A DNA stretch of 59,133 nucleotides, filler included. It is 6 parts of 6 records of this genome, joined end to end, with 100 filler letters (N's around TTAATTAATTAA, not from the genome) between each part and the next. Parts side by side here need not be neighbours in the genome. Positions count along the whole stretch, not along the records: positions 41,702 to 47,035 come from SRR31147125_23686; positions 47,136 to 59,133 come from SRR31147125_23695; 4 more parts are not named here. One strand, 5' to 3'. Below the pieces are notes generated by a model, which saw nothing but the letters and a program-made list of their open reading frames with translations, had not been told where the DNA came from and searched no databases. Position numbers and translations under genes: made by a program. Shown in pieces: positions 45,270 to 58,800 of the stretch. Numbering within the stretch: the stretch's first letter is position 1; each line of letters begins with the position of its first letter.

Positions 45270-46880
45270 CTACGACGACGGTGCAGAGAGGGTCTGTGCA
45301 CGTTTGTATGGGCGTTGATAGTGGTCTTTGAGCAGCACAAGGCCATTCTATTGAGTCAGTGAGGTTGTGACAGTCCATCCACTTGTGGGATCGTTGTACA
45401 TACCTCCAATACCTTGCCAATCTCTGTTTTTTGCTTCTACTTGACGCAGCAGATGGGGAGGGCCACTGAAACTATCGATACGCTACACAACTCATCAGAC
45501 GACATCACACGGAAACGCCCTTACCTCGATGAGTTCTGTGATAGGCCGCAACTTCCCACCAATCACATCGGGGCGATGGTTTACAGTTTCCACCCACTCC
45601 CTGTAGTACGCAGTGTCTGGAACGTTGTGATTGTGAATTGATCACGACGGGATGATGATGCAACGGCGTACCGTCTGTGAAGAAGCCTGTATTTCCACCA
45701 TCCACAATTACTTGCGACGACGTCAGCGTGGCATCAGGAGTACCCATCGGCTGTGATGTGTGAAACGAAAATCCGTCCCCTCGCAACCATTGTTACCTTG
45801 GCATTGATCTCATGACGAAGCTGAATTTCTGCCTTGTCGATGGGAACGTTCCCTAGGAGGACCTGACGCAGGCGACCACCAAGATGGGCCCTTTCGTAAT
45901 AGTGGGTGCCAATATCATTGAGAACCTGCCATGATGAGCGATTGAGTTGTGTCACACGAATCCATGTGTGCCCTCATCCTCACTTCAAGAACTTTTTCAT
46001 TATGACCTGTAGCTCCATCAATCAAGAGGAACTCGCCACTTTCAGCTGGCGTTTCCAGGTCGTCCATGTCTTCTGATGACTCGAATGTGTCCAGGTCACC
46101 ATTCCCTTCCTGTTCATTTTGTTCACCCACTGCAGCGCTAGCTGGTCCGCTGTTGCTGTTGGCTGATGATTCATCGCCCGTCAAGTCACCGATTTCGGTA
46201 TCCATCTTCACATCCCCCGCCGAAGGCACAAGTTCAAGAAGTTTGGAAAGGAAGAGAGGATGCAACTCAACCGGGGATGGGGATCGGGTAACGGTAGAGG
46301 TTAAACACTTGACTTCGGAAACAGTGAACGCCTGAGAGGTGACAGAATCCTGCGCCGGGGACGTCGAGGGATCTTCATGTACGTGACTCATCTTCTCCAG
46401 CGTGCGAACTCCCTCTTCGCCACCCATCAAGTAGGCTGACCCATCGTCTCCAGCAAACTTCTCGGCTTCTTCGATCCGATACTGGTCGACACTGGTATAT
46501 TGCTTTACATCGGTGATCAGGCCACATTGGTGATTGTCCACTACGTTCAGCTAGAAGGATTCCCGTTTAGTCGGAGGGGCGATCTGCACCAGGGAACGCA
46601 CCTCATTAGGTATGTCAAATCCCGCAACTTGTTCATTGTTTCCATACGTGAATTGGAAGATAGGGACGGGTGCCTTGGTGCGAGTGTATCCTATTCAATG
46701 AAGTGAGCAATGGGAGAAAGTCCACGTTGTCTCACATACCACTCACACCGTGCTTGAAGATATCAAGATCGGGTGAAATGTTTGCATGCACACTGCCAAT
46801 GCTTGTGTCGCTCATGAAATCCCCCTCCACCTCTCCCTGCAAGGGACGGCCCCCCGATATTGTTTTCTTGTGTCTGTAGT
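45270..46880 (-). CDS. Eukaryotic multi-exon MACPF (perforin-like) domain protein; 5' end uncertain
   Basis: Spliced reading PVPIFQFTY...FDIPNE/LNVVDNHQC...EVKCLTS...LHPLFLSKLLELVP...NDIGTHYYERAHLGG (MACPF signature GTH[FY]-X6-GG, 45875-45910)...VDGG...EWVETVNHRPDVIGGKLRPITELI; GT-AG introns e.g. 46691-46739 and 46551-46601. Confidence 0.78.
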
Positions 46881-47000
46881 CTACGTCAACCCAACAAAAT
46901 TCCCAACCCAACAAATTCCCCCCATCCCCATCCCTCCCTACGACGCTACCACCGCTGCAAATACTTCTCGATCACGCCCTTCGTGCTCTCTTTCTCACGC

Positions 47001-47035
47001 CCCTTTCTTTCTTTCTTTCTTTTTTCTCTCTCTCT
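47001..47035 (+). repeat. (CTTT)n/(CT)n pyrimidine microsatellite at contig end
   Basis: ctttctttctttctttcttttttctctctctct. Confidence 0.85.
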
Positions 47036-47135
47036 NNNNNNNNNNNNNNNNNNNNNNNNNNNNNNNNNNNNNNNNNNNNTTAATTAATTAANNNNNNNNN
47101 NNNNNNNNNNNNNNNNNNNNNNNNNNNNNNNNNNN

Positions 47136-50100
47136 CAACGGAAACGTGTTCACTGACATCATATTATCATATTCCAGACGATTTTAGCATACTGCCGATA
47201 GGTAAACCTATATCCAACACGCAGATGTATGTTTTAGACGGTGAAAAACTCTGCGGCATTGGAGTGCAGGGAGAGCTATGCATTACAGGGGATGGGGTAA
47301 GTCCTGGGTATTTTAACCGCCCGGAATTAACAGAGCAGAAGTTTGTTAATAATCCATTTGGAGAAGGTAAGATGTATAGGTGGAGACAAAGCAGTATTTT
47401 TGGATGATGGCAATGTTGAATTTGTAGGACGTATTGACAACCAAGTGAAAATTCGTGGATTTAGAATAGAAACAGCGGGTATAGAGGCTGCTTTACGCAA
47501 TATGGGCAGAATAAAAAATGCAGCAGTCGTTGCTAGAGAAGGTAATAACAGTGAAAAGTCACTTTATGCGTATATTGTAGCAGATGATAGGGTAGATATA
47601 CCTAGTTTAAAAGATAAAATGAGAGATAAATTCCCAGAATACATGATTCCCTCATTTATGATGCAGATAGACAGGATACCAGTTACATTAAATGGGAAAG
47701 CAGATGTAAATGCACTACCCGATATAACGGTAAATAATGGGAATGAATTTACGGCACCGAGAGATAGAAAAGAGCAATTGGTGTGCAGTACAATTTCTAA
47801 AATACTTGATATAGAGAATATTGGCATAGAAAATAATTTTTTAGAACTTGGCGGGGATTCTATCAAATCTATTCGAGTAGTATCGAAGCTAAGAGAAGCT
47901 GGTTACGCAATATACGTTAGAGATATTCTTGGCAGCACAGATATCAAGCAAATAGCTAAAAAACTTAAAAAAGACTTTAATAAACCAGTTTATAGCCAAA
48001 ACAAAGTAACGGGAAGAATAAAAAACACACCTATACTAGATAAGTTTGCTAAATGGGACTTAGCAAAGCCAAATCATTTTAATCAGGATATGTTGATAAA
48101 AGTGTCGTGCAGAGATTATAAAGTAGTAGAAAAGGCTATAGAAGAAGTAGTATTGCACCATGATATATTGAGGGCGGTTTATCGAAATAATGGATTGGAA
48201 ATTATAGAAGATACTTCAGCAAAAAGTTTTGACTTTGTTTGGTTTGATTTCAGCAGTAAAAAAGATACTAAAAGTACTATTTTAGCTGAATGTGACTATT
48301 TACAAGCTAGCATTGACATTGAAAAAGCCACTTTGGCGAAATCTGCATTTTTTATAACAGATGATGGAGACTATATGTTCATATGCATACATCATCTAGT
48401 TGTTGATGCGGTGTCATGGGGAATTATTATCGAGGATATTCATTGTGCGCTAAACCAAATACAGAATGGTGAAAAAGTACGCCTGCAAAACAAAACTGCT
48501 TCATATATCCAATGGGCAGATGCAATTGACAAATATAAAAAGAGTAACAGGCTAGAGAAAGAACTGGATTATTGGGAAGAAGTAGCTAGCAACTCAAGGC
48601 ATGCTAGGCTGGTTTTGGATAATCAGAATTTGTCCCCATGGAAGGGAGTTATAGAAATATCATTAACAGCAGAACAGTCAGAATTGTTAATGAAATCTCT
48701 AAAGGCATTTAATACGAAAGTTAATGAGCTGCTTATAAGTGCTATTGGAATGTCTGTTAATAAATTAACTGGAAGTAAACAAGTATCATTATTGTTAGAA
48801 GGGCATGGACGGCAGGAGCTGGATACGCAAATTGATGTTTACAGAACGGTTGGCTGGTTTACCAGTATGTATCCAATAGTTATTGACTGTTATCAAAGCT
48901 TTAGAGACAGCATTGTTGGTGTTAAAGAAACTATGCGTATGATTCCGAATGCAGGAATTGGATATGCGCTTTTAGAAAATAGATTAGAAACATGTCAAAC
49001 TGATATTACATTTAATTATCTTGGCAAGGTAGATGGAAAATCAAGCAACGAGAGTAGCTTTTGCAGTACGGGTAAAAACTCTGCTGATGAGAATATAATT
49101 GATGATAACATTGTTATTAATTCCTTAGAAAGGGAAGGAAAGATATTCATTACAATTGGATACAGTGGAGATAAATACTCAAAAACAGCTGTATCACAGT
49201 TTGCGGAGACCTACAAAAGCCAAATAATACAAATTGCTGAATATTGCAATAATCTAGAGCACAGTGAAAAGACCCCATCTGATTATTCAGCAAATGGACT
49301 GAGTATAGAAGATTTGAATTATATTAATAATCTATTCTCTGGCAATTTCAATGATATTTATGCGTTAACGCCGCTGCAGGAAGGAATGCTGTATTACAAT
49401 ATTGAAAACGAAAGCAATACCGATTACGTAGTTCAGCAGATTCATACAGTTGGCGAAAAGCATGATGAACACATAATAGAGAAAGCATTAGATTTATTAG
49501 CAATTAGATATGATGCGCTTAGAACATCAATAGTTTATGAAGGTGTGCAAAAACCGTTTCAGATTGCTCTAGAGGATAGAAAAATAGAATTCGAAACTAT
49601 AGATTTATCCTCCTTAGAGGAAAATATGAAAAACACTAAGTTCGATATTATTAAGAAAAGGGATGTAAAAAGAGGCTTTAAGCTTCAACAAGATTCGTTA
49701 CTCAGGGTGAAATTAGTTTTACTGGGAGAAGGGAATGCGAAGATGATTTGGACTTATCATCATATAATTATTGATGGTTGGTGTATGTCATTGATTTTAG
49801 GTAACTTCGCAAATTACTATAATAGAATTGACAAAGGTTTTTCGTACAACGCTATAAAGAAAATGATCCATGAAAATAAAAAGGACAGTGTTGAATATGG
49901 TGACTATCTGAAATGGATTGAGAACAAAGAAAAAGAGGAGTCACTTGAATATTGGAACGATTTATTAGCTGATTACGATGAAACTGTCAGTATTAAGCCC
50001 ATGAAAAGAGTTGAGCAAAATGAAAGCGATGTAAAACGTTCAACTAAAACTGCTCCAGTAGAACTAACAAATAAACTACAGAAATTAGCGATTGAAAATC

Positions 50101-53100
50101 ATATAACTATGAATGCAGTGCTAGAAGCCGCATGGGGTATCACACTGATGAGTTACAACAATACCAATGATGTAGTTTTTGGTAAAGTTGTATCAGGTAG
50201 AAATCATGAAGAACTATCACAGGCAGAACAGATAGTAGGGCTTTTGATTAATACAGTTCCTGTGAGAATGACAGCAGGCAAAGATGTGAGTATAAAAGAA
50301 TTTTTATCTGATGTCTATGCACAAAATATATTAAGTAATGATTACTCATATTGTTCCCTTGCCGATATACAGGGGAAAACAAAACAGAAAAGAGATTTGA
50401 TAAAAACACTTTATGTTTATGAGAATTACTATGTGGATAAGAATGTAGCACAAGCATCAGGCAATGGATTTAGCTTTAAAATAGAAGAGAGCAGAGAACA
50501 AACAAATTACGATATTACGTTTGCCGCATACTTGGATGATAAATTAGACAGTCTTAAGTTGATTATTATGTACAACCCTAATCTATATGCTGAAGCCGAA
50601 ATAAAATTATTGGAAAATAGAGTTATAAAAATACTAGAATCTACCGTTAAAAACTGCAATGGGTGTTTAAATGACATAGACCAGGTTACAGATGAAGAAA
50701 AGGAATTGATTTTAGGTGAGTTTAATAATACAGTTACGGATTATCCAAAGGATAAGAGTGTAGTTGAATTGCTTGATGAGGTAACTGATAAATTTGCAGA
50801 TAAAGAAGCAGTAGTGTATAGGGATTCGGCTGTTACATATAAGGAATTAAAGAACTACTCGAACTGTATTGCACAGCTTCTTTATAATATTGGTATAGTA
50901 TCTGGTGACACCGTTGTAGTGCTAGCAAAAAGGAGTATAGAATTAATCGCTGGAATATATGGTATTTTGAGGGCAGGAGCAATATACGTACCTATTGATT
51001 TGAATTATCCTGAGGAAAGAATTCAGCATATCGTTAAGGACTGCCAACCTAAAGCCATAGTGACATTCAAAATAGAATACAAAACGGATATTCCAACAAT
51101 TAAACTGGAAAAAGCGTTATCAGATATAAGAGTAATTGAAGAATTCCAGCCGATTTGTACTGCAAAATCCATAGCTTATATCATGTATACATCAGGAACT
51201 ATCGGAAAACCAAAGGGTAGTTTGATAGGACATAAGAGTATTATTAGGCTAGTCAAAGATACTAATTATATAGACTTAGATCAGAACATTGTAATACTCC
51301 AAACGGGTTCTATGGCATTTGATGCATCTACCTTTGAAGTATGGGGGGCATTATTAAATGGAGGTAAATTGGTAATAGGGGATGATGAGCTGATTACTAG
51401 TTACGAAGAAATTAAGCGTGAAATCAACAAACAATCAGTAAACACTATGTGGATAACATCGTCTTTATTCAATCAATTGATTCAGACACAGGTGAACCTA
51501 TTTGATTCACTAGATACTATATTGGTGGGCGGAGAAAAATTGTCGGAAAAACATATTCGTATGCTGAGAAATCATAATGCTGATATAACAATAATCAATG
51601 GATATGATTCTACAGAAAATACGACTTTTACGACCACATATAATATACCAAAAGTATTTGATTTAATTCCGATAGGCAGACCAATAGCTAATACACATGT
51701 TTATATTATGCAAGGAGACAAGCTTTGTGGTATTGGGATGCAGGGTGAACTATGTATTTCTGGTGATGGACTTGCATTAGGATACCTTAATTGTCCTGAG
51801 CTAACAGAAGAAAAATTCGTTGATAACATGTTTGGAGAAGGAAAGTTATATCGTTCAGGTGATTTAGCTTGCTGGCGATTAGATGGAACTATAGATTATT
51901 TAGGTCGAATAGATGAGCAGGTTAAAATACGGGGATTTAGGATTGAGCTTGAGGAAGTCGAAAACATTACAAAGCATCAGGAGTATATTCTTGATGCTAA
52001 GGCTATTGTAAGAACTGATGGCGTAAGTAAATCTATTTGCTTGTATTTTGTAGCGGAAAAGGAAATTGATATTCAAGAATTAAGGAGCGGGATACAGAAG
52101 CTATTGCCAGATTATATGATACCATCTTATATGATACAACTGGATGAGCTTCCGCTTAATAGAAATGGCAAGGTGGATAAAAAATCGCTGCCGGAAATTG
52201 AACACAAGAGCATACGAGAATACATAGAACCTAGGAATCAAGCAGAAAAAACTGTCAGCTGTGTATTTAGCGAAGTGCTAGGTGCAGAAAACGTTGGAAT
52301 GTATGATAATTTTTTCGAGCTTGGCGGAGATTCCATTAAAGCTATTAGAATAGTGTCAAAAATGCGTTTATATGGATATAAAATATCTGTTAAGCATATA
52401 TTATCTGAATGTATTGTGAAGGATATTGCATCAGCTGCAAAGAAAATTTTAGCCAACGAATTTGAATATGAACAGAATGAAGTTACTGGTACGGTGATGA
52501 GCACACCGATTATTAAGGAATTCGAAAGCTGGAATTTAAAAAACCCTAATCATTTTAATCAAGCAATGATGATTAATGTAGAGACTGATGATGAAAACAT
52601 TATACAGAATGTATTAGCTAAAATATGTATCCACCATGATATTCTTAGAGCATTATATAAAAATGGACAGCTTGAGATATTAAACAGTAAAGATAATAAA
52701 GGATTTGTTCTATATAGTTATGATTTGCACATATGTGATAGTGAAAAAGAAGCTATAGAACAAAAGTGCCAAGTGCTTCATGAACAAATAGATATAGAAA
52801 ATGGTACTTTTTACATCTGCTTTATTCAAATTAAGAGAGAGAAATTTGCTATTTTTGTGCATTCACCATTTGCTTGTTGATGGAGTATCGTGGAGAATAA
52901 TTATTGAGGATATTAATACTGCACTTAAGCAGGCAATGTCTTCAAAAGCAATACAATTACCGCAAAAGACAGCATCTTTTATCCAATGGTCGCAGCTGCT
53001 TAATAAATATACATTATCTCAAATGCATAAGCAGGAAAGGCAATATTGGGTGAAAGCATGCAAAGAATTAGAGGAAGGCAGACTAGTAAAACTAGATTCA

Positions 53101-56100
53101 GGGAATTTACATCAGGCTGGATATAATAGTGTTAATTTTGTAATGCCAGAAGATGTTACGAATAAACTGCTACATAAAGCGACAAAAGCATACCATTTGA
53201 GAATTAATGATGTATTAATAAGTGGTATTGGGAGGGCTGTAGGCAGGCTGACAGACCAGGAAAAAGTTGCAGTAATGGTAGAAGGACATGGAAGAGAAAG
53301 CTTATATAAAGAGTTTGAAATTGATAGGACAGTAGGTTGGTTTACATGCTTATATCCGATTATAGTGCCATGCTGTGATAGTATTGAAGAAAGCATTGTA
53401 TTGACTAAAGAAAAAATAAGGGCAGTTCCAAACAATGGCATAGACTACGGCTTGTTAATAAACACATTAAAAGCTGCAGTTATTGATATATCGTTTAATT
53501 ATCTAGGTAAGATAGATGAAGGCAATAACTTGCAATCAGAATTTGCGACAGGAAAAAGCAGCAGCGATAAAAACCAGTTTAATGACATTAGTATAAACGG
53601 TATTATGAGAAATGACGAGCTAGAGTTCACTATATCATATAAACGAGATATGTATTCTGATAATTCAATTAATCTTTTTGCTGACTATTATAGAGATGCA
53701 CTTGTTGAAATTATTACATATTGTGCTGATGCTGACCAATTTATAAAAACCCCATCTGATTTCACTGCATCAGATATACAATGGTCAGATTTAATGGAAA
53801 TATATGAAACAATACATGCTGAACAAATTAAGGATATATACTCTTTAACATCTATGCAGGAGGGAATGCTTTATCACAAGTTAGTTGATGCTGAATCCAC
53901 TAGTTATGTAATACAGCAGATACAAGATATATCTGGGAATGTAAATGAGAATGCCTTTAATAATGCGTTAAAATTATTAGTAAAGAGATATGATGTTTTT
54001 AGGACAGCTATACTATACAAGCTAATCAAGGAACCGAGACAAGTTGTTTTAAATAAAAGAGATATAGAATTTGAAGTAATTAATTTATATGATCAAAAAG
54101 ATGTTAATGGTAAGATTGAAAATATTCGCATTAATGACTTAAATAGAGGATTTGATTTAGAGAATGATTCGCTTATTAGAGTCAAACTAATAAAAACTGC
54201 GCATAACAGAGCAAAAATAATTTGGTGTTTTCATCATATTATTATTGATGGTTGGAGCACATCGTTTGTTTTTGGAGATTTCATGGATTATTATGCTCAA
54301 TTAATCAAGGATGTATCTTATGCTGAATTGACGGATATAGTTAATGTACAGAGAAGAGAAAACTTAGAGTATGGAGAATATCTACGTTGGTTAAATGATA
54401 AAAGACAGATTAAAGATGAAGCAGTATCCTATTGGAGCAATCTGCTGGCTGATTATAGTCAGGTTAGTGAAATTAAGCCCAATATAAGCGCAGGAAAATT
54501 CAAAGAACAAATGCATAGGATTGTGAATACTCTAGAAGAAGAAACAACAAATCAGCTCTTGAAATTAGCTAAATCAAATGATACTACAATCAATAATGTG
54601 CTGGAGGCGGCATTAGGAATTATATTGCAGGAATACAACTATGTAGATGATGTTGTTTTCGGTAAAATAGTTTCAGGTAGAAATGTGGAATTAGATGGTG
54701 CAGAAAGCATAGTAGGACTGTTTATAAATACAGTCCCGGTAAGAGTGAAAAGGAACAATGACACTACTATAAGCCAAATACTGAAGCAGCTAAAGCAGCA
54801 GGCTATTAACAGTGAGAAAAATGCACAATGCACACTGACAGAGATTCAGAATCAAACAGCACTTGGGAATAATTTATTTAAAGTTCTATTTGCTTTTGAA
54901 AATTATTATATTGATGAACAAAAATTGGACAGCAGTGATTGTGGATTTGACTTAAAAACAGAGATGTCTAGAGAAGAGACAAATTATGCAATTACAATAG
55001 TATCGTATATGGATACCGAAACTTCAAGATTGAAGCTGATAGTGATGTATAATCCTAATGACTATCATAGCTATGATATGCAAATGTTAGTGGATAGAAT
55101 GGAAAAAGTGCTTTGCGTTTTTGCAGATAATATAGACATGAGAGCCTCGGATATCTCTCTAGTGTTACAAGGAGAAAAGCACAAGATATCAGATGAATTT
55201 AACGATACATCAGTTGAATATAATAAGGATAAAACGATAGTTGATTTGTTTGAGGATCAAGTTGATGTGTATCCTGATAAAATCGCGCTAACATTTCACG
55301 ATAAGCATATGACATATGCGCAGCTGAATAAAAAAGCTAATCAAGTAGCACATCGTCTTCGCGCAATGGGTGTAGGATCAGATGATAGAGTGGTGATATT
55401 AGCAGAGCGTAGTTTTGAAATGATTATAGGTATAATTGGAGTTTTAAAAGCTGGTGGTGCATATGTGCCTGTGGACGCTATGTATCCTGAAGATAGAATA
55501 CACTATATCTTGGATGACTGCAAACCTATAGCGGTAGTGAAGTATTGCATATGTTCTAATTTACCTGTCCCTTGTATTGATTTAGAAAACAGTGATTTGT
55601 GGAGTGAAGATAGTACTAATCCAATAAAAATTAATAAACCCAGTGATTTGGCGTATGTAATTTATACATCTGGTACGACAGGTAACCCCAAAGGTGTGAT
55701 GATAGAGCACAAGGGAGTAGTTTGTATGCAGAATTACTTAGAGAGGCTTTATGAGGTAGACGAAAATGATTGTGTTTTGCAGTTTGCAAATTGTGTTTTT
55801 GATGCTTCAGTTTGGGAGATTACGATTTCACTTTTTACAGGAGCAGAACTAGTATTAATAGATATAGATACAATAAGAGACATAGCAGCGTTTAAGGACT
55901 ATATGTTGGATAAACATATATCAATAACTCTGTTACCTCCGCATTACTATTTACAATTAGATATTGAAGGCATAAAAGTACTAACCACTGGAGGAGCTGC
56001 TGCAAATGCAGATGTAGTAAGAAAGGCTCTTAACAACAAAAGGTATATAAATGCCTATGGCTATACGGAAAATACAGTTTTGGCAACACATTGGGAAAAT

Positions 56101-57513
56101 ACCAATGGCGAACAATTGCCAGAATATATTCCTATTGGAAAACCAATTGACAATACAAAGATATATGTACTAAGAGGTAATAAACTGTGCGGTATAGGAA
56201 TTCCTGGAGAATTATGTATTGAAGGAGACGGTGTTGCTAGAGGATATTTAAACAGAGAAGCGTTGACAAAAGAAAAGTTCTGTAAAAATCCATTTGGAAA
56301 AGGAACTATTTATCGTTCTGGTGACTTGGTGAGTTGGCTTCCTGATGGAAATATTGCCTATATAGGCAGAATCGATAATCAGGTAAAAGTCAGAGGATTT
56401 AGGATTGAGCTTGGTGAGGTAGAAAGTGCCTTCAGAAGTTTAGAAGAAATAAATGATGTTGCTGTTACTGCTGATAAAAATAAAGCAGGTGATATGTATC
56501 TTTCAGCGTATTTGGTGGCCTCAGAAATGTTAGATATTGCTAAAGTTCGAGAAAATATACACAAAAAGTTACCTTCAAATATAATTCCATCTAATATTGT
56601 TCAAATAAAAGAGATACCATTGACTAGAAGTGGAAAATTGGACAAGGTGAAGATAAAAGATGAAATATATATTGTTAATGACTATAAGAGAGAATGTGTA
56701 AGTGCTAGAAATGAATATGAAAGAAAAATAAGTGAAATCTGGGCTGATGTTCTAGGTCGTGATGACATTAGTGTTTATGATAATTTTAGCATGATAGGTG
56801 GGGATTCGCTAAAAATAAGCAGAGTTTTTGCTAGAATATCCCAAATATACCCTGGATTAATTAGTATTGGAGATATTTTTGCTAACCCTACTATAGATCA
56901 ATTGGCTAAGAAAATTGAAGCAAACAGTAACTTGATTATGACTATAAATCAAATGCGATTTCCACAAAGTTTTACAGAGTCCATTAGCTATTTAGCAATT
57001 AATTCCAGGATTGTTACTACAGAAAGAGGAGACTTTTTTAGCAAGCTAAATGAATTAACTGATGGTGACATTGACAATGTGCATAAATGGTTACTATTTG
57101 CCTATATATATCTATTATTTAGACTTACTGAAAATGAGCAGATTGGTATTTGGGGAGCAAATAAAGATGATTTTTTCTATTTGCAAATAGAATCTTCTTT
57201 GATGGATAACCTTAATCGAGCTAAGGATTCTATTGTTAAAAAATATGCAAAAGCAAATAAATATAAAAATATTAATATAAAGATAAAATCAAAAGAAGAT
57301 GGATGCGTGCCAGCATTTTCATTTAACTCAATAGATAAAAATCAGCTAATAAAAAATAATGCAGATTTTTCTATTAATGTATATTTTGATAGTAGTGGTA
57401 TTAAATTTACAATTCAATCATTTAATAAGCGGCTGTCTGAACAGTGGTTGAGAACAACATTAAATTTTTATGTAGCAATTTGTAAAACAATTGTTGCAGA
57501 TAACAATAAATAA
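47136..57513 (+). CDS. Multimodular NRPS (5' truncated): A(part)-T-E-C-A-T-E-C-A-T-degenerate C-like tail; frameshifts at about 47381 and 52806
   Basis: A motifs YTSG, GELC, GRIDxQVKxRGFRIE; T motifs LGGDSI twice and IGGDSL; E motifs [10 protein letters not shown] and [10 protein letters not shown] with [13 protein letters not shown] motifs HHIIIDGW twice. Confidence 0.93.
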
Positions 57514-57540
57514 GTTGAAACTAATGAAAAGGAGAGAATT

Positions 57541-58800
57541 ATGATTAAGATGGCACTAGTTTTTCCTGGACAAGGAACGCAGTATGTAGGAATGGGTAAA
57601 AAAATATATGAAGAACATAAAGTAGCAACTCAAGTATTTGAAGAAGCAAGTGATGCTATTTCAGTTGATTTAAAGAATTTATGCTTTGAAAGTGACCCAA
57701 AGGAGCTCAGACTTACTTATAATGCACAGCCTGCAATATTAGCGACCAGTGTAGCAATGTACAAGGTTTTTGCTGAACTTGAAGAAATAGAACCTGATTT
57801 GTTTGCAGGGCATAGCTTAGGAGAAATTTCTGCTTTGACTTGTGTAGGAGCAATTGAGCTAGGTGATGCAGTGAAGATAGCAAGAGCAAGGGGACAGTAT
57901 ATGCAAGAAGCAGTGCCTGAGGGGGAAGGCATGATGATTGCTGTTAAACACAGAGACATTGCATATTTAGAGCAAGTTTGCAGCCAAGTATATGGAAGCA
58001 ATTATGAAATTGGGATTTCTAATTACAATTCAAAAGTGCAAACAGTTCTTTCTGGCACAGCTGAAGCAGTGTTGGCAGTCGAGGCTATTTTGCATAAAGA
58101 AAATATTGAGACAAAGCAACTGAATGTCAGCGCCCCATTTCATAGTAAATTAATGAAGCCTGCTGCAGATAAATTTGCAGAGGAGCTGGAGAAATATACG
58201 TTTAGTGAACCAAAGTACAATATAGTATCAAGTGTTACAGGGATGCTATATCACGATGCTATATCAATAGCTGATAACCTTGTAAAGCAGATATATAGTC
58301 CAGTTAGATGGGTTGAGACAATGCAGTGTTTGAAAGATTTTAATATTTCTTACGGTGTTGAGATGTAGCCGGGACATGTTTTGCAAAATCTTATGAAAGC
58401 CAACATCTCCGATATAAAAATCTATGCTTATGACAATAAAAGTGATATAGAAAAAGTTAGAGCTATTGTGAAAAACAGCTACGCCTCTTTTATTAAGAGA
58501 AGCATGGGTATTGCAGTTGCTGTTCGAAATAACAATGATGACAACAAAGAGTATGAAAAATCAGTAATTATTCCATATCGCAAAATAAAGGATATTGACA
58601 TGCGATTAGAAGTTGAAGGCAGAGAACCAAATGAAAAGGAAATGCAGGAAGCTGTGGAAATGCTAATAAGTGTATTTCAAACAAAGAAGGTTCCTGTTCA
58701 AGAACGTATTTTAAGAATGAAAAATTTGTTTAAAGATACGGGTACAACAAAAGAGTTCTGCGATTTTGATTATTCATTGCTACAGGAGGAGGCTAAGTGA
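57541..58800 (+). CDS. Stand-alone malonyl-CoA:ACP acyltransferase with FenF/ItuD-like C-terminal extension; internal TAG at 58366-58368
   Basis: FPGQGTQ, QPAI, GHSLG, R, APFHS, SPVRW, VEM*PGHVL; ORF 58381-58800 is in the same frame. Confidence 0.85.

Noticed and set aside
41786-46880. Alternative genetic code or non-canonical introns in the eukaryotic contig
   Set aside because: The stops I examined fall inside GT-AG introns and the exons read in the standard code
47136-57513. NRPS as a decaying pseudogene
   Set aside because: The clear lesions coincide with expected GGNCC sites while other catalytic motifs are intact
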